Source of the DNA: Alphaproteobacteria bacterium
GTDB taxonomy: Bacteria > Pseudomonadota > Alphaproteobacteria > RF32 > CAG-239
Assembly: GCA_031550205.1 (NCBI GenBank)
Contig: JAVBOV010000028.1
Coordinates: 1-57,005 of the forward strand
Length of the DNA: 57,005 nt
Direction: 5' to 3'
Below are positions 43,757 through 52,605 of this stretch, piece after piece. The notes under the pieces are model-generated. The model did no database searches and was not told where the DNA came from. It saw nothing but the letters and a program-made list of their open reading frames with translations. The position numbers were made by a program, and so were the translations under genes. Position 1 is the stretch's first letter. Every line of letters starts with the position of its first letter.

Positions 43757-45160
43757 CTACATTGAGCCAATCAAAGAAACAGAAGAAATCGTATCCCCCA
43801 TCCCCACCAAAGTCTTCGGCTTTTCAATCAATATTGTCGGCACGGCAATCACATCAAACCCCTGATATTCAAAAAGCCCCGTTTCCAAAAGACTCTTGTC
43901 TTTCACCAGCTTTGCCAAATCTTCCAGCTCTTTAAGCCCGACATCTGAAACTTCTTTGCCCTTGGCCCACATCAGATTTTTATATTTATCAATGTCTCCA
44001 AGTCCGGCCTTGCTGGCTGAAACCGTGGCCGCCAGCATCATGCCTTTGCGGCTGTCTTTGGGAGAAATGGTAAAATCCTTGTCCTGCACCGTAATATAAA
44101 GCCCAAACATGTGCAGTTGAACTCGCGGCACCTTAATCTTTTCTTTCAAAGCCAAAATAGCTTGCAGCATATTGCCTGCCGTGGTTTTATCCTGACAAAG
44201 CTTTGCCAGCTTTTTCTCGCTGATAATTTCCAAAAAATCAATGGTTTCTCGCTCATTGCAGCCAATCGAAGCCGCCAATGGCGCCACTTTTTCAAAAATC
44301 GCCTTTCTAATCTTCAAATCCTGAGTCGAGGCAAGTTCCACGTGCAGCATTGCCTCGCTTTTTGCCCACTCTTTAATCATCGGCAAAGATTCCTTAATCA
44401 GCTTTTCCCCGCCGGCGCTTGCCGTCAAAGCATGATACCCTGAAACCACAATGCAGTCCGTTTTGGCTTTGCTTACCTTCTGCACAAAAGCCTCATCGCG
44501 CACTAAATTAAGATTTAAGGGGTCATAAGTGGCAATAAACCGATTCGCCTTCGGGCACACAAACCTCTGTCCCTCAATCTCCCAAACATCGCCCTTGTTA
44601 AACTCAATAATCCAATGAATCAGCGGCACGTCTGCCTTGCGGTTAATCTTATACGCCGGCTTTTCTTTGCCCTTGGCATCAAAAGAAACCAAATTTTTCA
44701 GCTTAACAAATTGCTCGGCCTGCATTTTGGGCAAAGAGTTGCAGTGCGCATATACTTTTTTCAAACCCAAAACCGCAAGGGCATTCGCCACAATTCCGCC
44801 CTGTCCGCCAATCTGCAAACGGTCATATCCCAGATTTTCAACCATCCAGTCATAAACCGCAATATCTTCTGAAATCCACTCTTCGGCAATACCCTGACTA
44901 AAACTCTTAAAAACTCCCCTAAGCACATCTTTGCCGGACTTTAACTTAAGCTCTTTAATGCTCTGCAAGTCTTTCAGGCACATTTCCTCCTGCTTGAGCA
45001 GGCGCAGAAACTTAACCGGCTTAATCTTCAGCACGGCGTCAATATTGGCATTAAAAGCGGCTGCAGCCGTTTTCTTGCCTTTAAGTTTTTTTAATGCTTT
45101 TGGAACAACTTTATAATTTTCAAGCCATACTTTTTTCAAATTTTCATCAGTCTTCATCAT
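43757..45160 (-). CDS. ADP-dependent sugar kinase (ADP-glucokinase/phosphofructokinase family)
   Basis: QIGGQGGIVANALAVLG, ANRFIATYDP, LHVELAST and C-terminal VGMGDTISSVSL match the blocks I recall for archaeal and eukaryotic ADP-dependent kinases. Overlaps the hemY-like stop by 14 nt. Confidence 0.85.
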   Translation of the reverse strand: MMKTDENLKKVWLENYKVVPKALKKLKGKKTAAAAFNANIDAVLKIKPVKFLRLLKQEEMCLKDLQSIKELKLKSGKDVLRGVFKSFSQGIAEEWISEDIAVYDWMVENLGYDRLQIGGQGGIVANALAVLGLKKVYAHCNSLPKMQAEQFVKLKNLVSFDAKGKEKPAYKINRKADVPLIHWIIEFNKGDVWEIEGQRFVCPKANRFIATYDPLNLNLVRDEAFVQKVSKAKTDCIVVSGYHALTASAGGEKLIKESLPMIKEWAKSEAMLHVELASTQDLKIRKAIFEKVAPLAASIGCNERETIDFLEIISEKKLAKLCQDKTTAGNMLQAILALKEKIKVPRVQLHMFGLYITVQDKDFTISPKDSRKGMMLAATVSASKAGLGDIDKYKNLMWAKGKEVSDVGLKELEDLAKLVKDKSLLETGLFEYQGFDVIAVPTILIEKPKTLVGMGDTISSVSLIGSM

Positions 45161-46229
45161 CTTCTTCTCTTAAATTTTTTTCTTCCAAAAGGCTTTCTTC
45201 CACATCCAAATAAATCTGCCACTCTATTTTGCCAAAAGCCCCGCAATTAGAACATGTTGCCTGCCATTTGTCATATGCGCTGCCGCAAACTCCGCAGACC
45301 CAGGCGGAATTTTCCGCGCAGTTCTCAATTTTTCCCTGCCAGCTCTTTGCCGCTTTTTTATCATTGTTATGATTGGTCTCATACTTGGCAATCATTTTGC
45401 ACATTTCTTTAGTACACGGATTATTAATCAAAAACTGCTCAAACTGCGCCTTGGCCTTGGCCCAAAGCCCGGCTTTAGAATAAAGCTCCGCCAAAATCAT
45501 GTTGTTAAGCGCCGGAAGATTGCGATTATAACTGGTAAAATGCTCCATTTTTTCAACTTTTTCCAACGGTCCCAGACCGTGAAAAATTTTCAAATATTCA
45601 TCCGCCAAATCTCTAACCGGATTTTTCTCCCAGGCACCAAGCAGCATCTTGGCGGCTTTTTTGCGGTCTTTTTCATATTTTGCCATCAAAACCACCGCCG
45701 GAACCAAAGAGCCATCCGTATTAACCGCATGCTGACAAAGCCGGTTAAAGTTTTCTTCATCTCCTTTGAGCTTAACCTCTTTAGCAATTTCAAACAAAAT
45801 TATCGCCTTATATTTTTTATATTTTTCAATCGAAATCAATTCTTTGCCGAAAGCCCCGTCCAAAACCTTAAGCGCGCCATACCAGTTTTTTTGCTTGGTT
45901 CTTGCTTCCAGAGCGCTTTCCACTGCCCAGCGTAAATCCTGAGTTTGTTTTTCCCCTTTAAATTTTCCGCTTAAAATGTTCAAATCCGTATCCCGCAGAC
46001 TAACCTCATGCAGGGTGTTGGGATTATGTTTAAAAAGCCTTTCCAAAAGGTTTCCCAAAAATTCTGCCAAAATCACATATACCAAAACCAAAATCAACGC
46101 TTCCAGCAAAGAAAATTTTTCAAGACTGCCGTTCCAAGAAACATTAATATAGCTCTTCCTGTCCACGCCCCAAATCGCCACGGCAATAATCAGTCCGGCC
46201 AATATAAAGCTGGGAACTTTCCTGCTCAT
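45147..46229 (-). CDS. HemY-like TPR membrane protein with a C-terminal zinc ribbon
   Basis: Two N-terminal TM segments, TPR-like helical repeats, and C-terminal CGVCGSAYDKWQATCSNCG. Sits directly after the mic60-like gene, as in alphaproteobacteria. Confidence 0.75.
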   Translation of the reverse strand: MSRKVPSFILAGLIIAVAIWGVDRKSYINVSWNGSLEKFSLLEALILVLVYVILAEFLGNLLERLFKHNPNTLHEVSLRDTDLNILSGKFKGEKQTQDLRWAVESALEARTKQKNWYGALKVLDGAFGKELISIEKYKKYKAIILFEIAKEVKLKGDEENFNRLCQHAVNTDGSLVPAVVLMAKYEKDRKKAAKMLLGAWEKNPVRDLADEYLKIFHGLGPLEKVEKMEHFTSYNRNLPALNNMILAELYSKAGLWAKAKAQFEQFLINNPCTKEMCKMIAKYETNHNNDKKAAKSWQGKIENCAENSAWVCGVCGSAYDKWQATCSNCGAFGKIEWQIYLDVEESLLEEKNLREEDDED

Positions 46230-46230
46230 T

Positions 46231-47112
46231 TCAGTTCTCCTTTAACTGGTTAATTTTCATCAACGCCAAAGAGCCGGCAGATATCTTGGAAAAAGCGCTC
46301 TCAAACTCAACCCTTTGTCTGGCTTTTGCCTTCCAGCCCTCAAAAGAAGGGTTATCCGAGTTTTCCATCTTTTTCAAAGCTCCGGAAAAATTGCCTTTCA
46401 AAACATCTTCCCTGGCCAAATCCAAAGAGTTATCTTCATTGTCTGTCGCCAAGTTGGTTTTTCTAATCTGAACAATTTCCTTAAACTTATCCATCAGCCT
46501 TTGCTTCCAGCTGAGCTTTTCGGTTTCTTCCTTTTTGCCGGTCTTTTTATATATGCTTTCAAAGCCGTTTATCAAATCTCTCTCAGTGCTGATGCCTGTT
46601 TCGGAAGCGGCAGCAATAACTTTAACCGGCTCGGCAATCTCTTGGTTTTTTGCCGTCATTTGGCGCAAAATTTCCGCCTCAAAAGCAAACTCCTCACCTC
46701 TGTCTGCTCTGTCCTTAACCAACATCAGAGCGTTCAAAATCAAAGCTCCGCTGTCGCTGACCTTGGCAACCGTATCAACCTTGCTTTCCATCTTGTCTAA
46801 ACGTGTTACCAAACCCAAAACCGTGGCAATATCCGCCTTAGAATCAATAATGCTGATATTTTGCTTTTCCATGCGCTCCAGCTTGGCATCCAGACCTGAT
46901 AAATCGACCTTTTCATGCGTATTGTTCTGTAAAAACAACACTTCTTTTCTTAAAGACTCAACTTCAGCCTGAAGAGAATTTATCTCTTTTTGATTATTAA
47001 ATTTAGCCGCCGTTTCTTCTATAATTTTCGGGTTCTGATAAATAAAATATCCGCCGCCGCCGATTGCCGCCAAAAAGATAATAAGATAAAAAAAGCTTTT
47101 GATTTTTTGCAT
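46231..47112 (-). CDS. Alphaproteobacterial Mic60-like (HemX-like) protein: TM anchor, coiled coil, mitofilin-like C-terminus
   Basis: N-terminal TM segment FFYLIIFLAAIGGGGYFIY, a long coiled coil, and a C-terminal block LAREDVLKGNFSGALKKMENSD..FEGWKAKARQRVEFESAFSKIS. Lies between hemY-like and divergent tsaD. Confidence 0.6.
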   Translation of the reverse strand: MQKIKSFFYLIIFLAAIGGGGYFIYQNPKIIEETAAKFNNQKEINSLQAEVESLRKEVLFLQNNTHEKVDLSGLDAKLERMEKQNISIIDSKADIATVLGLVTRLDKMESKVDTVAKVSDSGALILNALMLVKDRADRGEEFAFEAEILRQMTAKNQEIAEPVKVIAAASETGISTERDLINGFESIYKKTGKKEETEKLSWKQRLMDKFKEIVQIRKTNLATDNEDNSLDLAREDVLKGNFSGALKKMENSDNPSFEGWKAKARQRVEFESAFSKISAGSLALMKINQLKEN

Positions 47113-47196
47113 TTTGATTCCTCTAGAATGAATCTTGATTATAAACTTTATGTAGTTTATTATTCTTTAACAAAAATATCAACTTGGAAAATGTTC

Positions 47197-48261
47197 ATGT
47201 TAGTCTTAGGCATTGAAAGCAGCTGCGACGAAACCGCCGCCGCAATTGTAAATGAAAAAAAAGAAATTCTGGCTGAAAGCCTGCTCTCGCAAAAAGAGCA
47301 CCAGGCCTTTGGCGGCGTTGTGCCCGAGGTTGCCGCCCGCTCACACCTGGAACATATTGATGAAATCATTGAAAACACCTTAAAAGCCGCCAATATAAAA
47401 CCCGAACAACTGGACGCCATAGCCGCATCTTCCGGCCCCGGCTTAATCGGCGGCGTAGTGGTTGGCGCCATGGCCGGCAAAGCCTTGTCTTTGGCGCTTG
47501 ATAAACCTTTTATCGCCGTCAACCACCTTGAAGGACACGCTCTTGCCGCACGCTTAACCAATGACATTGCTTTTCCATATCTTTTGCTTCTGGTTTCCGG
47601 CGGCCACTGCCAAATTTTAATTGTTAAAGACGTCGGCGAATATGAAAAACTCGGCACCACCATCGATGACGCGGCAGGAGAGGCTTTTGACAAAGTTGCA
47701 AAAATGCTGGGCCTCGGCTACCCCGGCGGCCCGATGATTGAAAAAAATGCCGCCGCCGGAGATTCTTCCCGCTTTGCCCTGCCCCGCCCTCTTTTAAGTT
47801 CTCCAGACTGCAACATGTCTTTTTCCGGCCTCAAAACCGCTGTCCGCAAAATTGTTGAATCATACGCTGAAGACGGCAAAATCGAGCACGCCATCATCAA
47901 CAAACAAGACATTGCCGATATCTGCGCCTGCTTCCAACTGGCTGCTTCAGACTGCTTAATCGGCAAGCTTGAAAAAGCCATTAAAATCTTCAAACAAAAA
48001 TACCCCGAGGGCAAAGACTGCGTGGTTTCCGGCGGTGTGGCTGCCAACCAGTTCCTGCGCCAAAACATGCGCCAATTGTGTGAAAAACACCGGCTTGTTT
48101 TTTCCGCTCCTCCCATCAAATTCTGCACCGACAACGGCGTCATGATTGCCTGGGCAGGCTTAGAACGCTTTCAAAAAGGGCTGATAAATGACCTCACCTT
48201 CAAACCCCGTCCCCGCTGGCCGCTTGATGAAACTTCTGCAGCCGAAGGAGCCAAAGCATGA
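47197..48261 (+). CDS. tsaD: tRNA N6-adenosine threonylcarbamoyltransferase
   Basis: MLVLGIESSCDETAAAIV, VNHLEGHAL and GVAAN blocks. An alternative ATG lies at 47191. The track start at 46990 runs antisense into the mic60-like gene. Confidence 0.95.
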   Translation: MLVLGIESSCDETAAAIVNEKKEILAESLLSQKEHQAFGGVVPEVAARSHLEHIDEIIENTLKAANIKPEQLDAIAASSGPGLIGGVVVGAMAGKALSLALDKPFIAVNHLEGHALAARLTNDIAFPYLLLLVSGGHCQILIVKDVGEYEKLGTTIDDAAGEAFDKVAKMLGLGYPGGPMIEKNAAAGDSSRFALPRPLLSSPDCNMSFSGLKTAVRKIVESYAEDGKIEHAIINKQDIADICACFQLAASDCLIGKLEKAIKIFKQKYPEGKDCVVSGGVAANQFLRQNMRQLCEKHRLVFSAPPIKFCTDNGVMIAWAGLERFQKGLINDLTFKPRPRWPLDETSAAEGAKA

Positions 48262-48884
48262 GCCGTGTAACTGAGATATTAGATATTTTAGATAAATATA
48301 TTGAAAATCCTAAAAGCGATCTGGAATATACCAATGCTTACACTTTGTTGGTTGCCGTGGTTTTGTCGGCTCAAAGCACCGACAAAGGCGTCAACAAAGC
48401 CACCTCTAGCCTTTTTGCCAAAGTTGACACGCCGCAAAAAATGCTGGCTTTAGGCTTAGACGGCTTAAAGGAATATATCAAATCTATCGGGCTTTATAAC
48501 AACAAAGCCAAAAGCATCATCTCTTTTAGCCAAGACTTGGTAAACAAATTTAACGGCCAAGTGCCAAACACCCGCGAAGAGCTTGAAACCCTGGCCGGCG
48601 TCGGCCGTAAAACCGCCAACGTGGTCTTAAATGTCTGGTTCAAACAGCCTACTTTGGCGGTCGACACTCACGTCACCAGAGTAGCCCATAGACTGGACTT
48701 CAGCACCGGCAAAACCCCGCTGGCCATAGAGCTGGACTTAGAAAAAATCATCCCCGACCAATACAAACTGAAAGCCCACCATTTACTAATCCTCTTCGGC
48801 CGCTACACCTGCAAAGCCCAAAAACCCGCCTGCCCAACCTGCCCCATCTCCCATCTCTGCAATAGCATTGACAAAAGAATTTAG
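48258..48884 (+). CDS. nth: Endonuclease III
   Basis: HhH-GPD (LAGVGRKTANVVL) and 4Fe-4S loop CKAQKPACPTCPISHLC. ATGA overlap with tsaD. Confidence 0.96.
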   Translation: MSRVTEILDILDKYIENPKSDLEYTNAYTLLVAVVLSAQSTDKGVNKATSSLFAKVDTPQKMLALGLDGLKEYIKSIGLYNNKAKSIISFSQDLVNKFNGQVPNTREELETLAGVGRKTANVVLNVWFKQPTLAVDTHVTRVAHRLDFSTGKTPLAIELDLEKIIPDQYKLKAHHLLILFGRYTCKAQKPACPTCPISHLCNSIDKRI

Positions 48885-48889
48885 ATATC

Positions 48890-48937
48890 GTCATCCTGAG
48901 CCTGACCACCAAATTTTGGTTGTCGGGCGTGAGGATC
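48890..48937. repeat. GTCATCCTGAG..GAGGATC long hairpin repeat
   Basis: gtcatcctgagcctgaccaccaaattttggttgtcgggcgtgaggatc. This is the first unit of a 670-bp ORF-free repeat cluster. Confidence 0.6.
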
Positions 48938-49060
48938 CCGGCTATTTTATGTCCTCCTTACCCCTTCTCTCTGTCACCCTCGAGCTTGACCCGAGGGTCC
49001 AGGTAGCAACCCATCCTTATCACTCTTAACCACAACCCCATCACCCTGAACTCCAACCAC

Positions 49061-49154
49061 GTCATCCTGGAGTCGATAGTTGCTGAAAGCAAGCCGTAGG
49101 CGCAGCTTGAAGCTTACGTGACGTTCACGCAAGTGAACAATCTGTTTCAGGATC
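49061..49154 (+). repeat. Family-C element, copy 1
   Basis: gtcatcctggagtcgatagttgctga...gcttacgtgacg...ctgtttcaggatc. Shares the ggagtcgatagttg and ttacgtgacg blocks with 50157-50248. Confidence 0.65.
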
Positions 49155-49344
49155 TCCCCTTCCTAAGTCCGATTCTCCCCACCCGCACCAGTTTTAAGTT
49201 TCCTCCTTTGGGGGAAAATTTTGCGCTTGTAGGGTTAGACCCTGCGAGTCCGATAATATGCTTCCCCAAAATGGCACTTTTGATGGCTTATCGGACTTTT
49301 GGTTGAAAATGTTGCAAAGCTTAACTTTCATTTTTGACATCAAT

Positions 49345-49453
49345 GTCCGGAGTTGATAGTTGGTGAAATGAGGTGCAAAATTTTAGCTTTAGCTTAATTT
49401 TGTGCCGAAATTGAACCCTACGAGACGAAAGGGACCCGCTTTGCAAAGCAAAG
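49345..49453 (+). repeat. Family-C element, copy 2
   Basis: gtccggagttgatagttggtga, then hairpin ggtgcaaaatt...aattttgtgcc, then ctacgagacg and gggacccgctttgcaaagc. Confidence 0.6.
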
Positions 49454-49555
49454 AAAGGAATTTACATTATTACGTCCCCATTTTTGCTATTTAAAAACAA
49501 AAAACACCTAAACCATGACGGCTTAGATGTCTCTTGTATTCTCAGATATTGAGCT

Positions 49556-49945
49556 TTAGTTGATATCTTTCAACTTTTTCTCATTTTCTGCAATACCTCT
49601 TTTTAGGAAAGTTATAGCAACCTGAGCTTTGCTGACTTCTTCATACATAGCAGATGAGCGATCCAACTTTTGCATGGCTTCAACGGTGTTAAAATCTGCA
49701 CAACCGGTCTCGTTGTACATTTCTCTTACCTTCTCTTCTGCAATTTTCATTTCGTTAGCTTCTTTTGTGAATTTTGATACTCTAAATTGAGCTTCTGCCA
49801 AAAGGAGTTTCTGAAATTTGATTTGTGCTTCAATTTTTTCCTTAGGAGAAAGCTCTTTACTCCTGTTCTTGTTAGGATTATTACCATTGCAACTGCAAAG
49901 CACTAATGCAAGCATCATAAAAGATGCAAAAACTAAATTTTTCAT
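49556..49945 (-). CDS. Putative lipoprotein with a coiled-coil body
   Basis: MKNLVFASFMMLALVLCSC has a signal peptide plus lipobox. The remainder is helical and charged. Confidence 0.6.
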   Translation of the reverse strand: MKNLVFASFMMLALVLCSCNGNNPNKNRSKELSPKEKIEAQIKFQKLLLAEAQFRVSKFTKEANEMKIAEEKVREMYNETGCADFNTVEAMQKLDRSSAMYEEVSKAQVAITFLKRGIAENEKKLKDIN

Positions 49946-50077
49946 ACTCTTTTGTTTTAAACGTTTATATTTTTGTTATTTTAATTTTAAAAGAAAAAAG
50001 CATTTGCTGATTATACAGTAATAAACAGAATAATGCTTTTGATTTGATTAATGTATCACAGTTTTAGTCATTTTTGT

Positions 50078-50095
50078 GTTAAACTTTTGTTACAA
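50078..50095 (-). promoter_or_regulatory. TTGTAACAAAAGTTTAAC upstream motif
   Basis: Plus strand reads gttaaacttttgttacaa. Lies 133-150 nt upstream of the ATG at 49945, in the same orientation as the other copies. Confidence 0.4.
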
Positions 50096-50156
50096 AATTT
50101 ATATTTTCCTTAAAAACCTCAATCCTTCTTGAAAGTTCAGCCCAATCAGCCTCCCC

Positions 50157-50248
50157 GTCAGTCCGGAGTCGATAGTTGGCGATTGGCAAGCCCGAAGGGC
50201 TAAGACAGAGCCTTACGTGACGAGGAGGACCCGCTTGCGGGAGTACCC
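50157..50248 (+). repeat. Family-C element, copy 3
   Basis: gtcagtccggagtcgatagttggcga...agcccgaagggct...ccttacgtgacg...ggacccgcttgcgggagtaccc. It is followed by the hairpin gcccgccgtcgctaaagctatggcgggc. Confidence 0.65.
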
Positions 50249-50307
50249 ATAATTGCTCAGCAAGCCGCACCCGCCGTCGCTAAAGCTATGGCGGGCAAGC
50301 CAGTTTC

Positions 50308-50335
50308 AAAAAACCACCCATTAGGGTGGTTTTTC
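50308..50335. terminator. Terminator downstream of secB
   Basis: aaaaaaccaccc-atta-gggtggttttt. Confidence 0.75.
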
Positions 50336-50349
50336 CTTAAAAGCAAGCC

Positions 50350-50784
50350 TTATTGCTTGGCTTTCCTGCTTGTATACAAGCTCAAAAAGTCTATCGGCGC
50401 AATCATAAACGGCGGCAAACCTCCGTCCACCATGCAGTTGGTGATAATGCTGCGCGCAAATGGGAACAGCATGCGCGGCACTTCCACCATCAAAATCGGC
50501 TCAACATGTTCTTCTGCCACGTTCAGGCTCACCACAGCCGCATATTCCAACTCCAAAATAAACAGTTTTTTGCCTTTAATATCGCCGTTTAAATGAAACT
50601 TCAGCACCACATTTGAAACGTTGTTTTCAATCTTCTCGGCATTAACTTCCACCTCAATATTAATTTTCGGCGATTCGGTAATTTCCTTAAAAATTTGCGG
50701 TGCCAACGGAATTTCCAAAGACAAGTCTTTGATATATTGCACATTAATGGCAATCGCCGGTGCCTGATTTTTTTCGCTCATCAT
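50350..50784 (-). CDS. secB: Protein-export chaperone SecB
   Basis: INVQYIKDLSLE, then LELEYAAVV...EVPRMLFPFARSIITNCMVDGGLPPFMIAPIDF. Confidence 0.93.
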   Translation of the reverse strand: MMSEKNQAPAIAINVQYIKDLSLEIPLAPQIFKEITESPKINIEVEVNAEKIENNVSNVVLKFHLNGDIKGKKLFILELEYAAVVSLNVAEEHVEPILMVEVPRMLFPFARSIITNCMVDGGLPPFMIAPIDFLSLYTSRKAKQ

Positions 50785-50878
50785 CTTTCCTCTTATTATG
50801 TTTATAAATATGGTTGATAAAACCTCTTAACTGCCTTATATAATATATAGGTTTTTCAAAAACGGAAAGATAAATATA

Positions 50879-51514
50879 ATGTCTCTTAACATCATTGTTC
50901 TGCTTCTTGTGGTCGCCGTGGTTTTTTACCGCTTATATTCGCTTTTGGGCACCCGTCCTGACGGCTTTGAAAAGCACGAAATTGACGATAAAGAGGCCGC
51001 CAAATTGTTCGACCTGATTGTTAAAGAGACCTCAAAAACCATCAACGGCGAAGCCGAAGAAGTTGTTGAGCCCACCGGCATCGATGCCGTTTTTGCCAAA
51101 ATCCCCGGTTTTAATAAGGAAAAATTCATCAATGGCGCCAAAAAATCTTTTGAAATGATCTTAAACGCCTTTGCCAAAGGCGATATTGATGTCTTAAAAA
51201 TGCTGCTTGGCAAAAACCTGCTCAAAAAGTTTCAAGACATCATCAAAAAACGCCAGGAAGAAGGCGTTAGCGCCGAAGCCGAACTCATCGGCTTTACCAA
51301 AGCCGAAATTAAAGACGCACAGATTTCCGCCTCTAAAATCGCCAAAATCACCGTCGATTTCATCTCCGAACAGGTAAACCTGCTTAAAAACTCCAAAGGC
51401 GATGTGGTTGAAGGCGACGCCAACTTCATCCAGAGCATTTCCGATACTTGGACCTTTGAAAAAGACATTACATCTCCCAACCCTAACTGGCTTTTGGTAT
51501 CCACAAAAAAATGA
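50879..51514 (+). CDS. Tim44-like domain protein
   Basis: N-terminal TM segment followed by a Tim44-like C-terminal domain (FINGAKKSFEMILNAFAKGDIDVLKMLL...WTFEKD...NWLLVST). Conserved position next to secB and mltA. Confidence 0.8.
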   Translation: MSLNIIVLLLVVAVVFYRLYSLLGTRPDGFEKHEIDDKEAAKLFDLIVKETSKTINGEAEEVVEPTGIDAVFAKIPGFNKEKFINGAKKSFEMILNAFAKGDIDVLKMLLGKNLLKKFQDIIKKRQEEGVSAEAELIGFTKAEIKDAQISASKIAKITVDFISEQVNLLKNSKGDVVEGDANFIQSISDTWTFEKDITSPNPNWLLVSTKK

Positions 51515-52605
51515 ACCGCAAATTAACCTTAATTATCCTGCTTTTATATTTTTTCATAATGTCTGCCGCTTTGGTTTGGCTTAAAGAAGAAAAACCTTCA
51601 AAACCAGCTGTTGCAAAGCTTGCTTTTGTTCCTCATTCTTTCAAAGACCTCAAAAACTGGAAAAAAGACCACCTTGCCGAAGCTTTCCACGCGTATCAAT
51701 TGTCCTGTCAAAAAACCAAATCCTGCCAAATAAATAATGCCAAAGACTTTCGCAAGTTCTTAGAACAAAACTTTGTTCCCCATCTGGTAGTTTATAACGG
51801 CTCCTCCGAGGGTAAGTTCACCTCATATTATGAATCCGCCTTAAGCGCTTCTTATCACCGCTCGGAAAAATACCAATATCCGGTTTATGGTAAACCCAAA
51901 GATTTGGTTGAGTTTAACCTTAAAGACTTTGATAAAAACGCCGATTCCAAACGTTTTGTCGGCCGTGTTAAAGACGGCAGATTAATTCCCTATTACACCC
52001 GCGCTGAAATAGATAACGCCCCGCTTGACGCCCCCGTCATCCTCTGGGCGGATGATGCAATTGACATTTATGTTATGCAAATTCAAGGCTCTGCCGTGGC
52101 TGAACTTGATAACGGCTCCAAAGTCCGCATTGGTTATGCCGACAACAACGGCCACCCCTTCCGCGGCATCGGCAGCATTTTGCTTGAACAGGGCTTAATC
52201 GGCAAAGGCCAAGTCTCCATGGGCAAAATCAAAATCTGGCTCAAAGAAAACGGCGAACTTGCCAGCCAGAATATGCTCAAAAATGACCGTTTTGTCTTCC
52301 ACCGCCTGATAGACGCTGAAGGTCCCATCGGCGCCCAGGGCGTGCCTTTAACTCCCGGCCGTTCTTTGGCCGTAGATAAAAAATATATCCCGCTTGGCTC
52401 ATTGCTGTGGCTTGAAACCACCGGTCCAGATAATGAAAAAATTGAAAAACTGGTGGTGGCGCAAGATATCGGCAGCGCCATAGAGGGGCCGATTCGCGGA
52501 GACTACTTCTGGGGCTCCGGCGGTGACGACATTTTGGAACTGGCCGGCCGCATGAACTCCAAGGGCCGCTATTTCATCCTGCTTCCTAAAAAGGAAAAAC
52601 CATGA
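51511..52605 (+). CDS. mltA: Membrane-bound lytic murein transglycosylase A
   Basis: MltA-specific and 3D-domain blocks (IQGSAVAELDNGSKVRIGYADNNGHPF, RSLAVDKKYIPLGSLLWLE, AQDIGSAIEGPIRGDYFWG). ATGA overlaps on both sides. Confidence 0.88.
   Translation: MNRKLTLIILLLYFFIMSAALVWLKEEKPSKPAVAKLAFVPHSFKDLKNWKKDHLAEAFHAYQLSCQKTKSCQINNAKDFRKFLEQNFVPHLVVYNGSSEGKFTSYYESALSASYHRSEKYQYPVYGKPKDLVEFNLKDFDKNADSKRFVGRVKDGRLIPYYTRAEIDNAPLDAPVILWADDAIDIYVMQIQGSAVAELDNGSKVRIGYADNNGHPFRGIGSILLEQGLIGKGQVSMGKIKIWLKENGELASQNMLKNDRFVFHRLIDAEGPIGAQGVPLTPGRSLAVDKKYIPLGSLLWLETTGPDNEKIEKLVVAQDIGSAIEGPIRGDYFWGSGGDDILELAGRMNSKGRYFILLPKKEKP

Noticed and set aside
49118-49306. 62-aa ORF in the nth-lipoprotein spacer.
   Set aside because: It is encoded entirely by stacked repeat units, with no RBS and low-complexity Pro/Leu/Phe content.
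50079-50596. ORFs 50079-50270 (minus strand) and 50288-50596 (plus strand).
   Set aside because: The first is translated from family-C repeat 3. The second is antisense to secB and starts inside a hairpin repeat.
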